A stretch of 24,000 bases of DNA from Gemelliphila palaticanis (GCF_013415235.1 NZ_JACBYF010000001.1), one strand, 5' to 3'. Shown: positions 9,656-18,676, numbered from the stretch's first letter. Numbers and translations: made by a program. Notes: generated from the sequence alone by a model not told the origin.

Positions 9656-10509
9656 TATATTAACCCCGCTTTTTCAAGTTTTGGTAATAGATATTGTTTA
9701 GCTACTTCAATTTCTTTTTCTGGATTATCGCTATTTTCTGACCACATTTCTATTAAAAATGGTCCATTATAATCAATAGACTTAAGTATCTCAAAACATT
9801 TATCAAAATCTACACATCCTTCACCAAAAGGTACATCTCTGAACTGCCCTTTACTTTCATGTGTTACTGGATATGTATCTTTTAAATGTATAGCACTAAC
9901 ATGATTTTTACCTAGTATAAACTCTGATTGTATGTCGTTGTGCCAAGCACTTAAATTTCCTAAATCTGGATAAACCATAAGCCACGGACTATCTACTAAT
10001 TTAGATATAGCTAAGTGCTTTTCTATACTGTTTATAAATGGATCATCCATTATTTCTATAGCTAGTGTTACTTGTTTTTTGGCAGCCATAGCTAAAGATT
10101 TTTTTAAATTTTTTATAAATCTAGCTCTCGTTTCAGGACTTTTTTCTTCGTAATAAACATCATATCCTGCTAATTGAATAGTTCTAACTCCTAAATCACT
10201 AGCCAGTTCTATACATTTTTCCATTAATTCTAATGATTTATTTTCTATTTCTGGATCATTTGATCCTAAAGGAAATCTTCTGTGCCCACTAAAACAAATA
10301 GATGGTATTTGTACTCCTGTTTCGTATATAGCTTTTACTATATCTAATCTTTCTTCTTTAGACCAATCCAATCTTGCTAATCGAAAATCTTGCTCATCTA
10401 TACTCATCTCTACAAAGTCGAATCCTAATTTTTTAGCAAAATTTAACCTTTCAAGCCAAGTTATATTTTTAGGTGTAGCTTTTTCATATATACCTATTGG
10501 TCTTTTCAT
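9655..10509 (-). CDS. ulaE: L-xylulose-5-phosphate 3-epimerase (TIM-barrel, xylose isomerase-like)
   Basis: 284 aa from [11 protein letters not shown], the same length as E. coli UlaE. A GGGGGT RBS lies 8 nt upstream, within the ulaD 3' end. The track start at 10533 would overlap ulaD by 20 nt. Confidence 0.9.
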   Translation of the reverse strand: MKRPIGIYEKATPKNITWLERLNFAKKLGFDFVEMSIDEQDFRLARLDWSKEERLDIVKAIYETGVQIPSICFSGHRRFPLGSNDPEIENKSLELMEKCIELASDLGVRTIQLAGYDVYYEEKSPETRARFIKNLKKSLAMAAKKQVTLAIEIMDDPFINSIEKHLAISKLVDSPWLMVYPDLGNLSAWHNDIQSEFILGKNHVSAIHLKDTYPVTHESKGQFRDVPFGEGCVDFDKCFEILKSIDYNGPFLIEMWSENSDNPEKEIEVAKQYLLPKLEKAGLI

Positions 10510-10513
10510 AATA

Positions 10514-11152
10514 TTACCCCCAAATTCTTTCAATTTCTGCTTTGAAATCTATTGCAGCTTGTCTTTGATCTTCTGCAGCTGTTATACCTCTTCCTGTAAT
10601 AAATGTATATACATCCAGCCCTCTAAACAACTCTAGTGTTTCTTTAGACAATCCACCTGTAACAGATACTTTGAATCCCATATCTATAAGTTTTTTAACT
10701 TTGTTTAAATCATTTTCTCCCCAAGTTTCTCCACTTAAAAGAGCGTCTCTACTTTGATGATATATTGCCTGATCTATTCCTGCTGCTAACCATTGCTCTG
10801 CTTCTTCAAATGTCCAGTTTCCATAAAGTTCTACTTGTAATGTTCCAATTTCTTTTTGAGCTGCTTTCATTGTAGGTATAGTTGCACAGCATATAACTGT
10901 CATTATATCTGCTCCTGCTTCTTTACAATTTTTAGCAACCGTTCCGCCTGCATCTGCACATTTTGTATCAGCTATTAATTCTTTGTCAGGATATAAAGCT
11001 CTTAAACATTTAACAGCTTTCATTCCATCTGCAAGACAAAGTATTGTTCCTGCTTCTATTACATCAACAACATCTCCACATGCTTTTATTGATTCTAATG
11101 CACTTTCTATAGTATTGTTATCTAATGCTACTTGTAATTTTGGTATTGTCAT
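10514..11152 (-). CDS. ulaD: 3-keto-L-gulonate-6-phosphate decarboxylase
   Basis: 212 aa. The N-terminus MTIPKLQVALDNNTIESALE closely parallels E. coli UlaD (LQVALDN...). OMP-decarboxylase-like fold. Confidence 0.92.
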   Translation of the reverse strand: MTIPKLQVALDNNTIESALESIKACGDVVDVIEAGTILCLADGMKAVKCLRALYPDKELIADTKCADAGGTVAKNCKEAGADIMTVICCATIPTMKAAQKEIGTLQVELYGNWTFEEAEQWLAAGIDQAIYHQSRDALLSGETWGENDLNKVKKLIDMGFKVSVTGGLSKETLELFRGLDVYTFITGRGITAAEDQRQAAIDFKAEIERIWG

Positions 11153-11172
11153 TTTATTTTCTCCTTCTATTA

Positions 11173-11652
11173 TTAATTCGCAAATCCTTGTAAATAAGGA
11201 CTATCTTTTGTTTCATCTATCATTGAATATATTTCTTCTTCTGATTTAGCTGCGATCATTCTATCTATAGAATTTTCTAATTCTAAAAGTGCTATAATTT
11301 GTGGTATAGCTACAGAAGCATGAATTTCTGATGAAGTTGCCGCTAAAGCTATTAATACTGATGCAGGTTTACCATCTGAAAAAGTTACTGGTTCTTGTAG
11401 TGTTATCAAACTAAATGCGTCTTCTTTTACCCCGTCTTCTGGTCTTGCGTGTGGCATAGCCATTCCAGGCATAAGTAAATAGTAAGGTCCAAACTCTTCT
11501 GTAATTCTAAGAATAGCATCATAATATCTTTCTTCTACTGCTCCACTTTCTATAAGTGGATTTACTGCTAATTTAACCGCCTCTTGCCAAGTATTTGCAG
11601 ATAGCCCTAACTTAACAGAATTATTTTTGATTAAAGATTCTTTTAGTGTCAT
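11173..11652 (-). CDS. ulaC: PTS ascorbate-family EIIA component
   Basis: 159 aa. It has the PTS EIIA type-2 signature around the phosphorylatable His (GMAMPHARPEDGV). It lies within the ula cluster. Confidence 0.88.
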   Translation of the reverse strand: MTLKESLIKNNSVKLGLSANTWQEAVKLAVNPLIESGAVEERYYDAILRITEEFGPYYLLMPGMAMPHARPEDGVKEDAFSLITLQEPVTFSDGKPASVLIALAATSSEIHASVAIPQIIALLELENSIDRMIAAKSEEEIYSMIDETKDSPYLQGFAN

Positions 11653-11679
11653 AATTTTCTCCTATTTTTCTAATTTAAA

Positions 11680-11706
11680 AGGTTATGGAGTTCCCCCCCA
11701 TAACCT
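11680..11706 (-). other. Intra-operon RNA hairpin between ulaB and ulaC
   Basis: A 9-bp stem, AGGTTATGG (11680-11688) pairing with CCATAACCT (11698-11706), with a C-rich/G-rich 9-nt loop. On the minus strand it is followed only by TTTAAATT, a weak U-tract. Confidence 0.4.
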
Positions 11707-11717
11707 CCTCTTGTATA

Positions 11718-11996
11718 TTAAAGTACTGCTTTTAATTTTTCAGTAATTTCATTATCGTCCATTAGATTGTCTAATCCAACTAATTTTCCTTGTGTTCTTC
11801 CTTCTACTTCATGTATTAAGTGTTGAGAAGCTACTACTATATCATAGCTACCAGCTACTCCCTTCGCTTCCCCCACACTACAAAAATCTACTTGGAATCC
11901 ATTTACTTCTAGTTTACGTAATGCATTTTCTATTTTCATTTTTATTACCATACTAGAACCCATTCCATTTCCACACGCTGCTAATACTTTTAACAT
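11718..11996 (-). CDS. ulaB: PTS ascorbate-family EIIB component
   Basis: 92 aa from MLKVLAACGNGMGSS, which contains the active-site Cys motif. A GGGAGGA RBS lies 8 nt upstream of the ATG at 11994-11996. The track start at 12023 adds 9 aa with no RBS. Confidence 0.88.
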   Translation of the reverse strand: MLKVLAACGNGMGSSMVIKMKIENALRKLEVNGFQVDFCSVGEAKGVAGSYDIVVASQHLIHEVEGRTQGKLVGLDNLMDDNEITEKLKAVL

Positions 11997-12047
11997 AATT
12001 TTTTTCCTCCCAAATGTATACAATTTATATAATTTTTTACAAACTTA

Positions 12048-13508
12048 TTAGTTATTTCCTTCTGCTCTAAAATATGCTTCTTTATCTTTTGCTCTAGCAT
12101 ATTGTAATTGTGGTATTACTATTAATATTATTGCTACTAAAGCAATTCCCACATATCCTATATTTTTCATTATGAATCCAAAGAATGGCCAAGCTGTTGC
12201 AAAGTCTATATTTCCGTGCCATCCACCTGCTAATTGGAATAATCCTACTGCTGCTGCTCCACCTAGTACTTGAAGAACTCCACAAATTGCAGTAACTATA
12301 ACTGCTGCTTTAACTCCTCCTCGTTTATCTGCATAAACTGCAAGAGTAGCATTATCAAAGAATACCGGAACGAATCCTGTAATTATAAGTATAGGTGACT
12401 TAAATACTACTAATAGAGTAATCATTGTTAACTGAGCTACTAACCCTGTTGCAAATCCGAATAAAATAGCATTTGGATGTGCAAAGTTGTATGATGCTGC
12501 ACAGTCTACAGCTGGTAATGATCCAGGTAATAATCTGCTTGATATACCTTGGAAAGCTTGAGTAAGTTCTGTAACGAACATTCTTACCCCCATCATTAAT
12601 ATTGCAAGATATACAGAGAATTTTAATGATGTTGATAAAATATAAGTTCCATACCATACTTTTTTATCAAATAAAACTCCCGCTACTGCTTTATCACCTG
12701 TTAGTTCTACTAATTTTGGATCTGACATTAAATCTGGCCCTAAGAAAAGTAATATCGCTCCGAAAAAGAATAGCATTAAAGTACCTGTAGCTACAACGTT
12801 ATCATGGAATATTGATAATGCTTTTGGTAATTTAATATCAGCTACTCTCTTATTAGGATTTCCTACTTTAGCAGCTATTTTATCTGCAACCCAGATTGAA
12901 AACATTTGCTGATGACCAATAGCAAATCCTGAATTGTTAGTTAATCTTTGTGTTGGTTCAACTGTTAAATTAGAACCTGCTCCCCAATAAAGTCCTACAA
13001 GTAACCCTACTAAAACTGTTCCTGTTGTATTTCTAAGTTCAGGAAATACTGAAAACATAATCCATGTAACAGTTGTAGCTTGTTGTAACATAACATGTCC
13101 TGTAATAAATAGAGACCTTACTTTAGTAACTTTTCTAAATATAATTAATGTTATGTTAACTGCAAAACCTATACATAAAGCTATCATTGTATTTGAAGCA
13201 GATTGTCCTATTCCTTTTAATGCAGAGTTTACAGCTGCTAATCCGAAATAAGGGTCAATAACTGCTGCATCTATTTCAAATTTAACTTTAAGTGCTGCAA
13301 GTATAGGTCTAAATGTCGTTACAAGACCTCCAGCCCCTACAGAAAGAATCATAAAACCAACAGTAGCTTTTAAAAACCCTGCAAAGCTATCATAAATAGG
13401 TTTTTTTAATAGCATATAACCTACAAATACTATTATACCTATAAAGAATTCTGGTTTAGTAAGTATATTAGTTACAAACCAGCTTAATACTTTTAATAAT
13501 ACATCCAT
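12048..13508 (-). CDS. ulaA: PTS ascorbate-family EIIC permease
   Basis: 486 aa polytopic membrane protein with SgaT/UlaA-like length and composition. It is the first gene of the ulaABCDEF cluster. RBS AAGGAGGA. Confidence 0.92.
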   Translation of the reverse strand: MDVLLKVLSWFVTNILTKPEFFIGIIVFVGYMLLKKPIYDSFAGFLKATVGFMILSVGAGGLVTTFRPILAALKVKFEIDAAVIDPYFGLAAVNSALKGIGQSASNTMIALCIGFAVNITLIIFRKVTKVRSLFITGHVMLQQATTVTWIMFSVFPELRNTTGTVLVGLLVGLYWGAGSNLTVEPTQRLTNNSGFAIGHQQMFSIWVADKIAAKVGNPNKRVADIKLPKALSIFHDNVVATGTLMLFFFGAILLFLGPDLMSDPKLVELTGDKAVAGVLFDKKVWYGTYILSTSLKFSVYLAILMMGVRMFVTELTQAFQGISSRLLPGSLPAVDCAASYNFAHPNAILFGFATGLVAQLTMITLLVVFKSPILIITGFVPVFFDNATLAVYADKRGGVKAAVIVTAICGVLQVLGGAAAVGLFQLAGGWHGNIDFATAWPFFGFIMKNIGYVGIALVAIILIVIPQLQYARAKDKEAYFRAEGNN

Positions 13509-13615
13509 GTATTACATCCTCCTTAATTTAATTTTAAAAAATGAATGTTTCGATTACATATTTTATTTTATATTAAGTTTAAAAATAAAAAAATACCAAT
13601 TAAGTAACAGATATA

Positions 13616-13723
13616 TGTACAATTTTTATTTAATAACATTTGTATATTATCAAAAAATATCATTATATAGTAGAAAAAATTAAAAAATTATTTTTTCAAA
13701 ATGTGTACAATACTTTGTACAAT
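13616..13723. promoter_or_regulatory. Three copies of TGTACAAT (palindromic TGTACA core) in the ulaA/ulaG divergent control region; candidate operator sites
   Basis: Exact 8-mers at 13616-13623, 13704-13711 and 13716-13723. The last two are direct repeats 12 bp apart. Confidence 0.35.
13695..13723 (+). promoter_or_regulatory. Candidate ulaG promoter (TTCAAA, 17 nt spacer, TACAAT)
   Basis: The hexamer spacing is exactly 17 nt. The -10 element overlaps one TGTACAAT copy. The promoter lies about 80 nt upstream of the ulaG ATG. Confidence 0.35.
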
Positions 13724-13807
13724 AATTGGACTTTTTTTAAAAGTTCTTATGAAATATACTTAAGTTAACAAACGATGTAAATTAATATAAAAATGGAGGA
13801 CAATTAT

Positions 13808-14899
13808 ATGTCAAAAGTAAATGAGATAACTAGAGAATCTTGGATTCTTAGCACATTTCCAGAATGGGGAACTTGGCTTAACGAAGAAATAGAAAGTGAA
13901 GTAGTTCCTGAAGGTAACTTTGCTATGTGGTGGCTAGGATGTGTAGGAGTTTGGATTAAAACTCCTGGTGGTGCAAATATTTGTATGGATTTATGGTGTA
14001 GCCGTGGTAAAAGTACTAAAAAAGTTAAAGACATGGTTAGAGGACACCAAATGGCTAACATGGCTGGAGTTAGAAAACTTCAACCTAACTTACGTGCACA
14101 ACCTATGGTGTTAGACCCATTCGCTATTAATGAAGTTGATTTTATTCTTGCATCTCACTACCATAGTGACCATATAGATGTAAATGTAGCTGCTGCTATA
14201 GTAAATAATCCTAATCTTGATCACGTTAAATTTGTAGGTCCTTGGCATTGTACTGAACTATGGAAAAAATGGGGAGTACCTGAAGAAAGACTTATCACTG
14301 TTAAACCTGGAGATGTAGTTAAAATAAAAGATGTAGAAATACATGCTCTAGACTCATTCGATAGAACATGTTTAGTTACTCTTCCTGTAGAAGGAGCTGA
14401 GGCTCAAGGTGGAGAATTAGCTGGTCTTTGCCCATCTGATGAAGAAATGGGAAGAAAAGCAGTAAACTACGTATTTAAAACTCCTGGTGGAAATATTTAT
14501 CACGGTGCTGACTCTCACTATTCTATTCAATTTGCTAAACACGGTAAAGAGTTCGATATAGATGTAGCACTTAATAATTACGGAGAAAATCCTGTAGGTA
14601 TAGCAGATAAAATGACTTCTATAGATCTTCTTAGAATGGCTGAATGTCTAAGAACTAATGTTATAATTCCTGTTCATCATGATATATGGACTAACTTTAT
14701 GGCAAGTACTCAAGAGATAATTGATTTATGGAGAATGAGAAAAGATAGATTACAATATAAATTCCATCCATTTATTTGGGAAGTTGGTGGAAAATATGTT
14801 TATCCACAAGATAAAGATTTAATTGAATATCACCACCCACGTGGATTTGATGATTGCTTCGAGCAAGAGCCTAACATCCAATTCAAATCAATGCTATAA
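13808..14899 (+). CDS. ulaG: L-ascorbate-6-phosphate lactonase (metallo-beta-lactamase superfamily)
   Basis: 363 aa from [29 protein letters not shown]. It is near-collinear with E. coli UlaG ([27 protein letters not shown]..., C-terminal PRGFDDCF). GGAGGA at 13795-13800 lies 7 nt before the ATG at 13808. The track start at 13793 lies inside the RBS. Confidence 0.93.
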   Translation: MSKVNEITRESWILSTFPEWGTWLNEEIESEVVPEGNFAMWWLGCVGVWIKTPGGANICMDLWCSRGKSTKKVKDMVRGHQMANMAGVRKLQPNLRAQPMVLDPFAINEVDFILASHYHSDHIDVNVAAAIVNNPNLDHVKFVGPWHCTELWKKWGVPEERLITVKPGDVVKIKDVEIHALDSFDRTCLVTLPVEGAEAQGGELAGLCPSDEEMGRKAVNYVFKTPGGNIYHGADSHYSIQFAKHGKEFDIDVALNNYGENPVGIADKMTSIDLLRMAECLRTNVIIPVHHDIWTNFMASTQEIIDLWRMRKDRLQYKFHPFIWEVGGKYVYPQDKDLIEYHHPRGFDDCFEQEPNIQFKSML

Positions 14900-14902
14900 A
14901 AT

Positions 14903-14946
14903 AAAATCTTATGCAACAAAATGAAGTTGCATAAGATTTTTTGTTT
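14903..14946. terminator. Rho-independent terminator after ulaG, probably bidirectional and shared with the convergent permease gene
   Basis: A 14-bp stem, AAATCTTATGCAAC (14904-14917) pairing with GTTGCATAAGATTT (14926-14939). It is followed by TTTTGTTTG and has an A-rich 5' flank. Confidence 0.8.
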
Positions 14947-14966
14947 GTTTAATTATCTATTAACTA

Positions 14967-16286
14967 TTATTTCTTTGGCTCAGGTATTATTTTATTCATT
15001 ATAATAGCTACAATTGCTCCTATTGCTATCGGTGAACCAAGTAAATATTGTACCATATGAGGAGTCGATTCTACAACTTCTTTAGGTATAAATAATAATC
15101 CTATAGCAAAAATTAGTGGTAATCCTATGATATATAATTCTCTTTCATTAAATTCTGCATTTTTTACTACTCTAAAACCATTAAGCATTATTATCATACA
15201 AACTACAGCAAAAACTCCTCCTATTACTGCCGATGGGATAGAATTAATAATTGCTGCTAATTTTCCTAAAAATGAAAGTAATATAAACCAACCAGATGCA
15301 AAAATAAAAACTTTTTTACTCGCAATACCTGTTATAGAAATAATACCTGCATTTGTTGAATATCCTGTTACTGGAGTTGATCCTACTAGCGCAGAAACTA
15401 AACAACCAACACCTTCACCTATAACTCCTTTATTAACTTGAGTATCTGTCAAAGGTTCATTTATTACCGAACTAACTGCATACCACGTACCTGTAGTTTC
15501 TGCTAATAAAACCATATAAATAACAATCATAGTTAAAATAGCTGCTCCATTAAAACTAATATCATAATTTATAAAAGCAAATTTAGGAAAACTGAAGAAA
15601 CTTGCTTCTGATATAGCTTTTGTACTAAATCCTCCCATCAAATAAGCAGAAAATGTTCCTGCACCTAATGCTAAAATTACAGAACTAATTTGTAACAATC
15701 TACTATATTTTTTAAAATATGTTCCTATCGTAGAGAATAAAACTAAAGTAGTGGCTGTTATCAATGCTAATGTAATATTTTGATTAATTGATAGAGTTTC
15801 ACTGGCAACATAAATATTACTATTAAATGCTGCGGGTAACAAAGTTAAACCTACAATCATTATTATTGTTCCACTTACTATAGAAGGAATATAGTTTCGA
15901 ACTATATATTTATATATACCTGAAAAACCTAGTAAAATAACTAGTAAAGCGCCAATAATACTAGCCCCTAAAACACTACCCATTCCATTTGAGCCGATAT
16001 ATATTCCTATAATTGCTCCAATTGGTACAAATGAAGGACCTTGACAAACAGGAAGTTTTAAATAAAACAATACTTGAATAAGTGATGCTAACCCTGCTGC
16101 TAAAAATGTTGATTGAATAAGTCCAGTAGCATCTCCTGCAGTCATAGCTAACGCTGTTGCAATAATAAATGGTGGTACGTAAATATCCATAGCTAAAACA
16201 TGCTGTAAACCTAAAATTGATGCTTGTGAAAATGGTATATTATCGTTAACTCCAATTGTTAAATTATTTTTTCTTCTATTACTCAT
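14967..16286 (-). CDS. NCS2-family nucleobase permease (xanthine/uracil/guanine type)
   Basis: 439 aa with about 12-13 hydrophobic segments and composition typical of the xanthine/uracil permease family. It lies 12 nt downstream of guaD, with an AGGGGG RBS. Confidence 0.8.
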   Translation of the reverse strand: MSNRRKNNLTIGVNDNIPFSQASILGLQHVLAMDIYVPPFIIATALAMTAGDATGLIQSTFLAAGLASLIQVLFYLKLPVCQGPSFVPIGAIIGIYIGSNGMGSVLGASIIGALLVILLGFSGIYKYIVRNYIPSIVSGTIIMIVGLTLLPAAFNSNIYVASETLSINQNITLALITATTLVLFSTIGTYFKKYSRLLQISSVILALGAGTFSAYLMGGFSTKAISEASFFSFPKFAFINYDISFNGAAILTMIVIYMVLLAETTGTWYAVSSVINEPLTDTQVNKGVIGEGVGCLVSALVGSTPVTGYSTNAGIISITGIASKKVFIFASGWFILLSFLGKLAAIINSIPSAVIGGVFAVVCMIIMLNGFRVVKNAEFNERELYIIGLPLIFAIGLLFIPKEVVESTPHMVQYLLGSPIAIGAIVAIIMNKIIPEPKK

Positions 16287-16298
16287 AATTGCCCCCTT

Positions 16299-17663
16299 TT
16301 ATTTTTTATGAACTAAATTACCTTGTACGTAAACTTCTTTTATATTTTCTACTGTTGCTAAATAAATAATCTTTTGTAATAGATGCTCTTTTTTAGGAAA
16401 TACACCAAAGTCAGATAAAATATTATTTTTAGCTTTTGTATCAATTACCTGCAAATCACATATATACCCTTTTTCAATCTTACCTAAAGGTAATTGTAGT
16501 GATTCTCCTCCTCCTGTAGTTGCTAAATAAAATGCTTCAATTACTGATATACGTGAATTAGAAACACCTCTTTCACAACTACATTTTTTAGCATCTACTC
16601 CATCTTCTAACATACGAGATACCATAACTGCATGTCTTATATTCTCATATAAACTAGGAGAAAAACCTCCTGAAATGTCAGTTCCTAAACCAATATCAAC
16701 ACCTTGAGATTTAAGTCTTTTTACTGGTAATACTGCATTAGCAAAGTAAGAGTTTGAAATAGGACAATGCCCCACAGCAGTTCCTGTTTTCGCAAATATT
16801 TCTCCATCTTCTTCATTAAGAAAATTACAATGTGCCATAACTGATTTTTTCCCTAGAAGTCCAAATTTTTCAAGAACTTCTGTATCACGTTTACCGAATC
16901 TTTCTTTTACAAAGTCATGCTCCCATTGTCCTTCACTACAATGTGATTGTACATAAGTATTATATTTTTTAGCTAGCTTTCCTAAGCCAAGTAGGGCTTC
17001 ATCTGTGCAACTAGGAACAAATCGTGGAGTAATTACTGGATAAACTCCTTGAATACAATTTTCTGCTACTTTTTTTACATCTAAAATAAATTTTTCTGTA
17101 TTATCAAGTGCTTCAGAAGTAGATTTATCTCTATAAAAATCAGGATTCATAACAGGATCATCCATTACTACTTTTCCTACTAAGCCTCGTTGTCCTAATT
17201 TAGCACAAATTTTTGCTAATTCTAGACTAGCTTCATTATGAATAGTTGCAAAATACATTGCTGTTGTAGTTCCTCGAGCTAAATATTGCGTAACTAAATC
17301 TGTATAAACTTCTCTAGCAAAATTAATATCAGAATACTTTGCTTCTAATGGAAATGTACATTCATCTAACCAAACATTTAATGGTTCATCTAATGCCATT
17401 CCTGCTTGTGGCCATTGAGGAGCATGAACATGAAGATCTACAAAACCTGGTAAAAAATATTCTCCATCAGATAATTCTACAAATTCATAATTATTTTTTG
17501 CATAAATTAATTCTTCTTCATAATTTTTATTATCTTTATTTACTATTTCACTTATAATTCCATTTGAATCAACTTTTATAAGTACATCTTCTAAAAACTC
17601 TAGTTTGCCATATTCTTTTGTGTGAAATGCTGAGCCTTTAAAAGCTTTTTTTATAGTATTCAT
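16299..17663 (-). CDS. guaD: Guanine deaminase (amidohydrolase superfamily)
   Basis: 454 aa. Metal and catalytic motifs are present: PGFVDLHVHAPQ, HCSE and LGTDISGG. It is paired with a nucleobase permease. Confidence 0.82.
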   Translation of the reverse strand: MNTIKKAFKGSAFHTKEYGKLEFLEDVLIKVDSNGIISEIVNKDNKNYEEELIYAKNNYEFVELSDGEYFLPGFVDLHVHAPQWPQAGMALDEPLNVWLDECTFPLEAKYSDINFAREVYTDLVTQYLARGTTTAMYFATIHNEASLELAKICAKLGQRGLVGKVVMDDPVMNPDFYRDKSTSEALDNTEKFILDVKKVAENCIQGVYPVITPRFVPSCTDEALLGLGKLAKKYNTYVQSHCSEGQWEHDFVKERFGKRDTEVLEKFGLLGKKSVMAHCNFLNEEDGEIFAKTGTAVGHCPISNSYFANAVLPVKRLKSQGVDIGLGTDISGGFSPSLYENIRHAVMVSRMLEDGVDAKKCSCERGVSNSRISVIEAFYLATTGGGESLQLPLGKIEKGYICDLQVIDTKAKNNILSDFGVFPKKEHLLQKIIYLATVENIKEVYVQGNLVHKK

Positions 17664-17692
17664 AATTACCTCCTTGTGGTTTTATATTCGTT

Positions 17693-17721
17693 ATTTTAAC
17701 ATATATATTAGTTTTTATCAA
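17693..17721 (-). promoter_or_regulatory. Candidate guaD promoter (TTGATA, 17 nt spacer, TAAAAT)
   Basis: On the minus strand the hexamers sit at 17716-17721 and 17693-17698. The leader to the AGGAGG RBS and ATG would be about 20-25 nt. Confidence 0.4.
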
Positions 17722-17755
17722 CAAATAATTCGTTAATCGATGTATTTTTATTTCT

Positions 17756-17779
17756 ATATGCTAGTCAGCATATTTTTTT
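17756..17779 (+). terminator. Terminator-like hairpin plus T-run oriented on the plus strand, with no plus-strand gene upstream
   Basis: ATATGCT (17756-17762), an AGTC loop, then AGCATAT (17767-17773), followed by T6 (17774-17779). On the minus strand the run is A, so it is not a terminator for the ComK-like gene. Confidence 0.35.
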
Positions 17780-17999
17780 AAAACGTTAAAACCGTACTTT
17801 TTCTCGTTGTTTAAAATTAAAAAGACATACTCCTGTTGAATTCAGAAATATGCCCAATACTAATATTTAATTTTTATATCCAATTAATTGGGGTCATCAC
17901 AATAATGCCATCTTATTTTTAAAACAAATATTAAAATTCTCATTGAATAGTATTTTTACAATATAATTAATTTTATAGTAATATTAATAAAAATAACAC

Positions 18000-18536
18000 C
18001 TAAATATAAATATTACTTGTAGTTATTCTTTTTCTTATTTTATCTATCTCGTATTTTAAAGCTGCTCCTTCTCCCCATTTTGCCATAAAATTTTTATAAT
18101 TTATATCCAATTTTATTTTTTGACCATCTTGAAAAATTAGCTCTATAAATTTATTTTTTTTATCTATTAAAACATTGTGGGGATTTAATGAAATAAAATT
18201 CATATTTAACCAAATACTGCCTTCATTATCATTGTTAGTACTTCCAAAAGGTAGCCAAATACTTCCGTATTCATCGTTTACTAATATCGGTATTTTTTTA
18301 TCGCATAAAATAATTTTTTTCGTTTTTTTGCTACAATACGCATAATCATCGTTATTGTATAATTCGCATATAACATTAATTATTTTTGATGGTTTAGAAT
18401 CTATTAATAAAATATCACTATCGTTACAGTATACTTCTGATACAAGTATTCCTAAATTATCATAATAGCATTTTATAGCCATAAAATCATATTTTTTTAA
18501 TAATACCGTTAAATCTTTAGTAGAATAATAATTCAT
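18000..18536 (-). CDS. comK: ComK-family protein (competence transcription factor-like)
   Basis: 178 aa. Three blocks are collinear with B. subtilis ComK as I recall it. SKPSKIINVIC aligns with MKPLQIVDRSC. KKIPILVNDEYGSIWLPFGS...SIWLNMNFI aligns with HKPPIMVDPSNQIFLFPTLS...GWISHVHV. IELIFQDGQKIKLDINYKNFMAKWGEGAAL aligns with TEVTFSNGKTMELPISYNSFENQVYRTAWL. Confidence 0.6.
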   Translation of the reverse strand: MNYYSTKDLTVLLKKYDFMAIKCYYDNLGILVSEVYCNDSDILLIDSKPSKIINVICELYNNDDYAYCSKKTKKIILCDKKIPILVNDEYGSIWLPFGSTNNDNEGSIWLNMNFISLNPHNVLIDKKNKFIELIFQDGQKIKLDINYKNFMAKWGEGAALKYEIDKIRKRITTSNIYI

Positions 18537-18556
18537 ATATACTCACCTCTACTAAA

Positions 18557-18565
18557 ATTATATCA
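18557..18565 (-). promoter_or_regulatory. Candidate extended -10 (TGATATAAT) for the ComK-like gene
   Basis: The minus strand reads TGATATAAT about 20 nt upstream of the ATG at 18536. The leader would be very short, running into the AGAGGTGAG RBS. Confidence 0.3.
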
Positions 18566-18592
18566 AAACATATAATTAAATTCTATAAAAAA

Positions 18593-18676
18593 ATAGACGA
18601 GGTTTAAACTAAATTCAAAACATTACTAATATTAATTTTAAAATCTTAATAATGATTTTTTATCTACCTCGTCTAT
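18593..18676 (-). terminator. 11-bp inverted repeat with a 62-nt spacer, followed by a T-run; probable atypical terminator of the rho operon
   Basis: ATAGACGAGGT (18593-18603) pairs with ACCTCGTCTAT (18666-18676). On the minus strand the 3' arm is followed by TTTTTT. The structure starts 14 nt after the stop of the TGA-containing ORF. Confidence 0.45.

Noticed and set aside
13545-13559. cre-like (CcpA) site ATGTAATCGAAACAT (minus strand) in the ulaA leader
   Set aside because: The left half-site is good (TGTAATCG). The right half is out of register with WTGNAANCGNWNNCW, with C at position 13 instead of 14. I cannot support it without a scoring matrix, but it is worth rescoring with a genome-specific cre model.
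9372-15441. Antisense or off-frame ORFs in the ula and permease region: 9372-9629, 10983-11249, 12094-12285, 12400-12657, 12602-12790, 13804-14061, 15127-15441
   Set aside because: Each lies within a strongly supported ula or permease CDS, either antisense or in another frame. None has an RBS or a recognisable family.
17664-18000. Expected guanine/purine riboswitch or PurR PurBox pair upstream of guaD
   Set aside because: The conserved purine-riboswitch junction and loop sequences are absent on the minus strand. The AACGTT-containing stretches near 17780-17812 match the PurBox consensus at too few positions.
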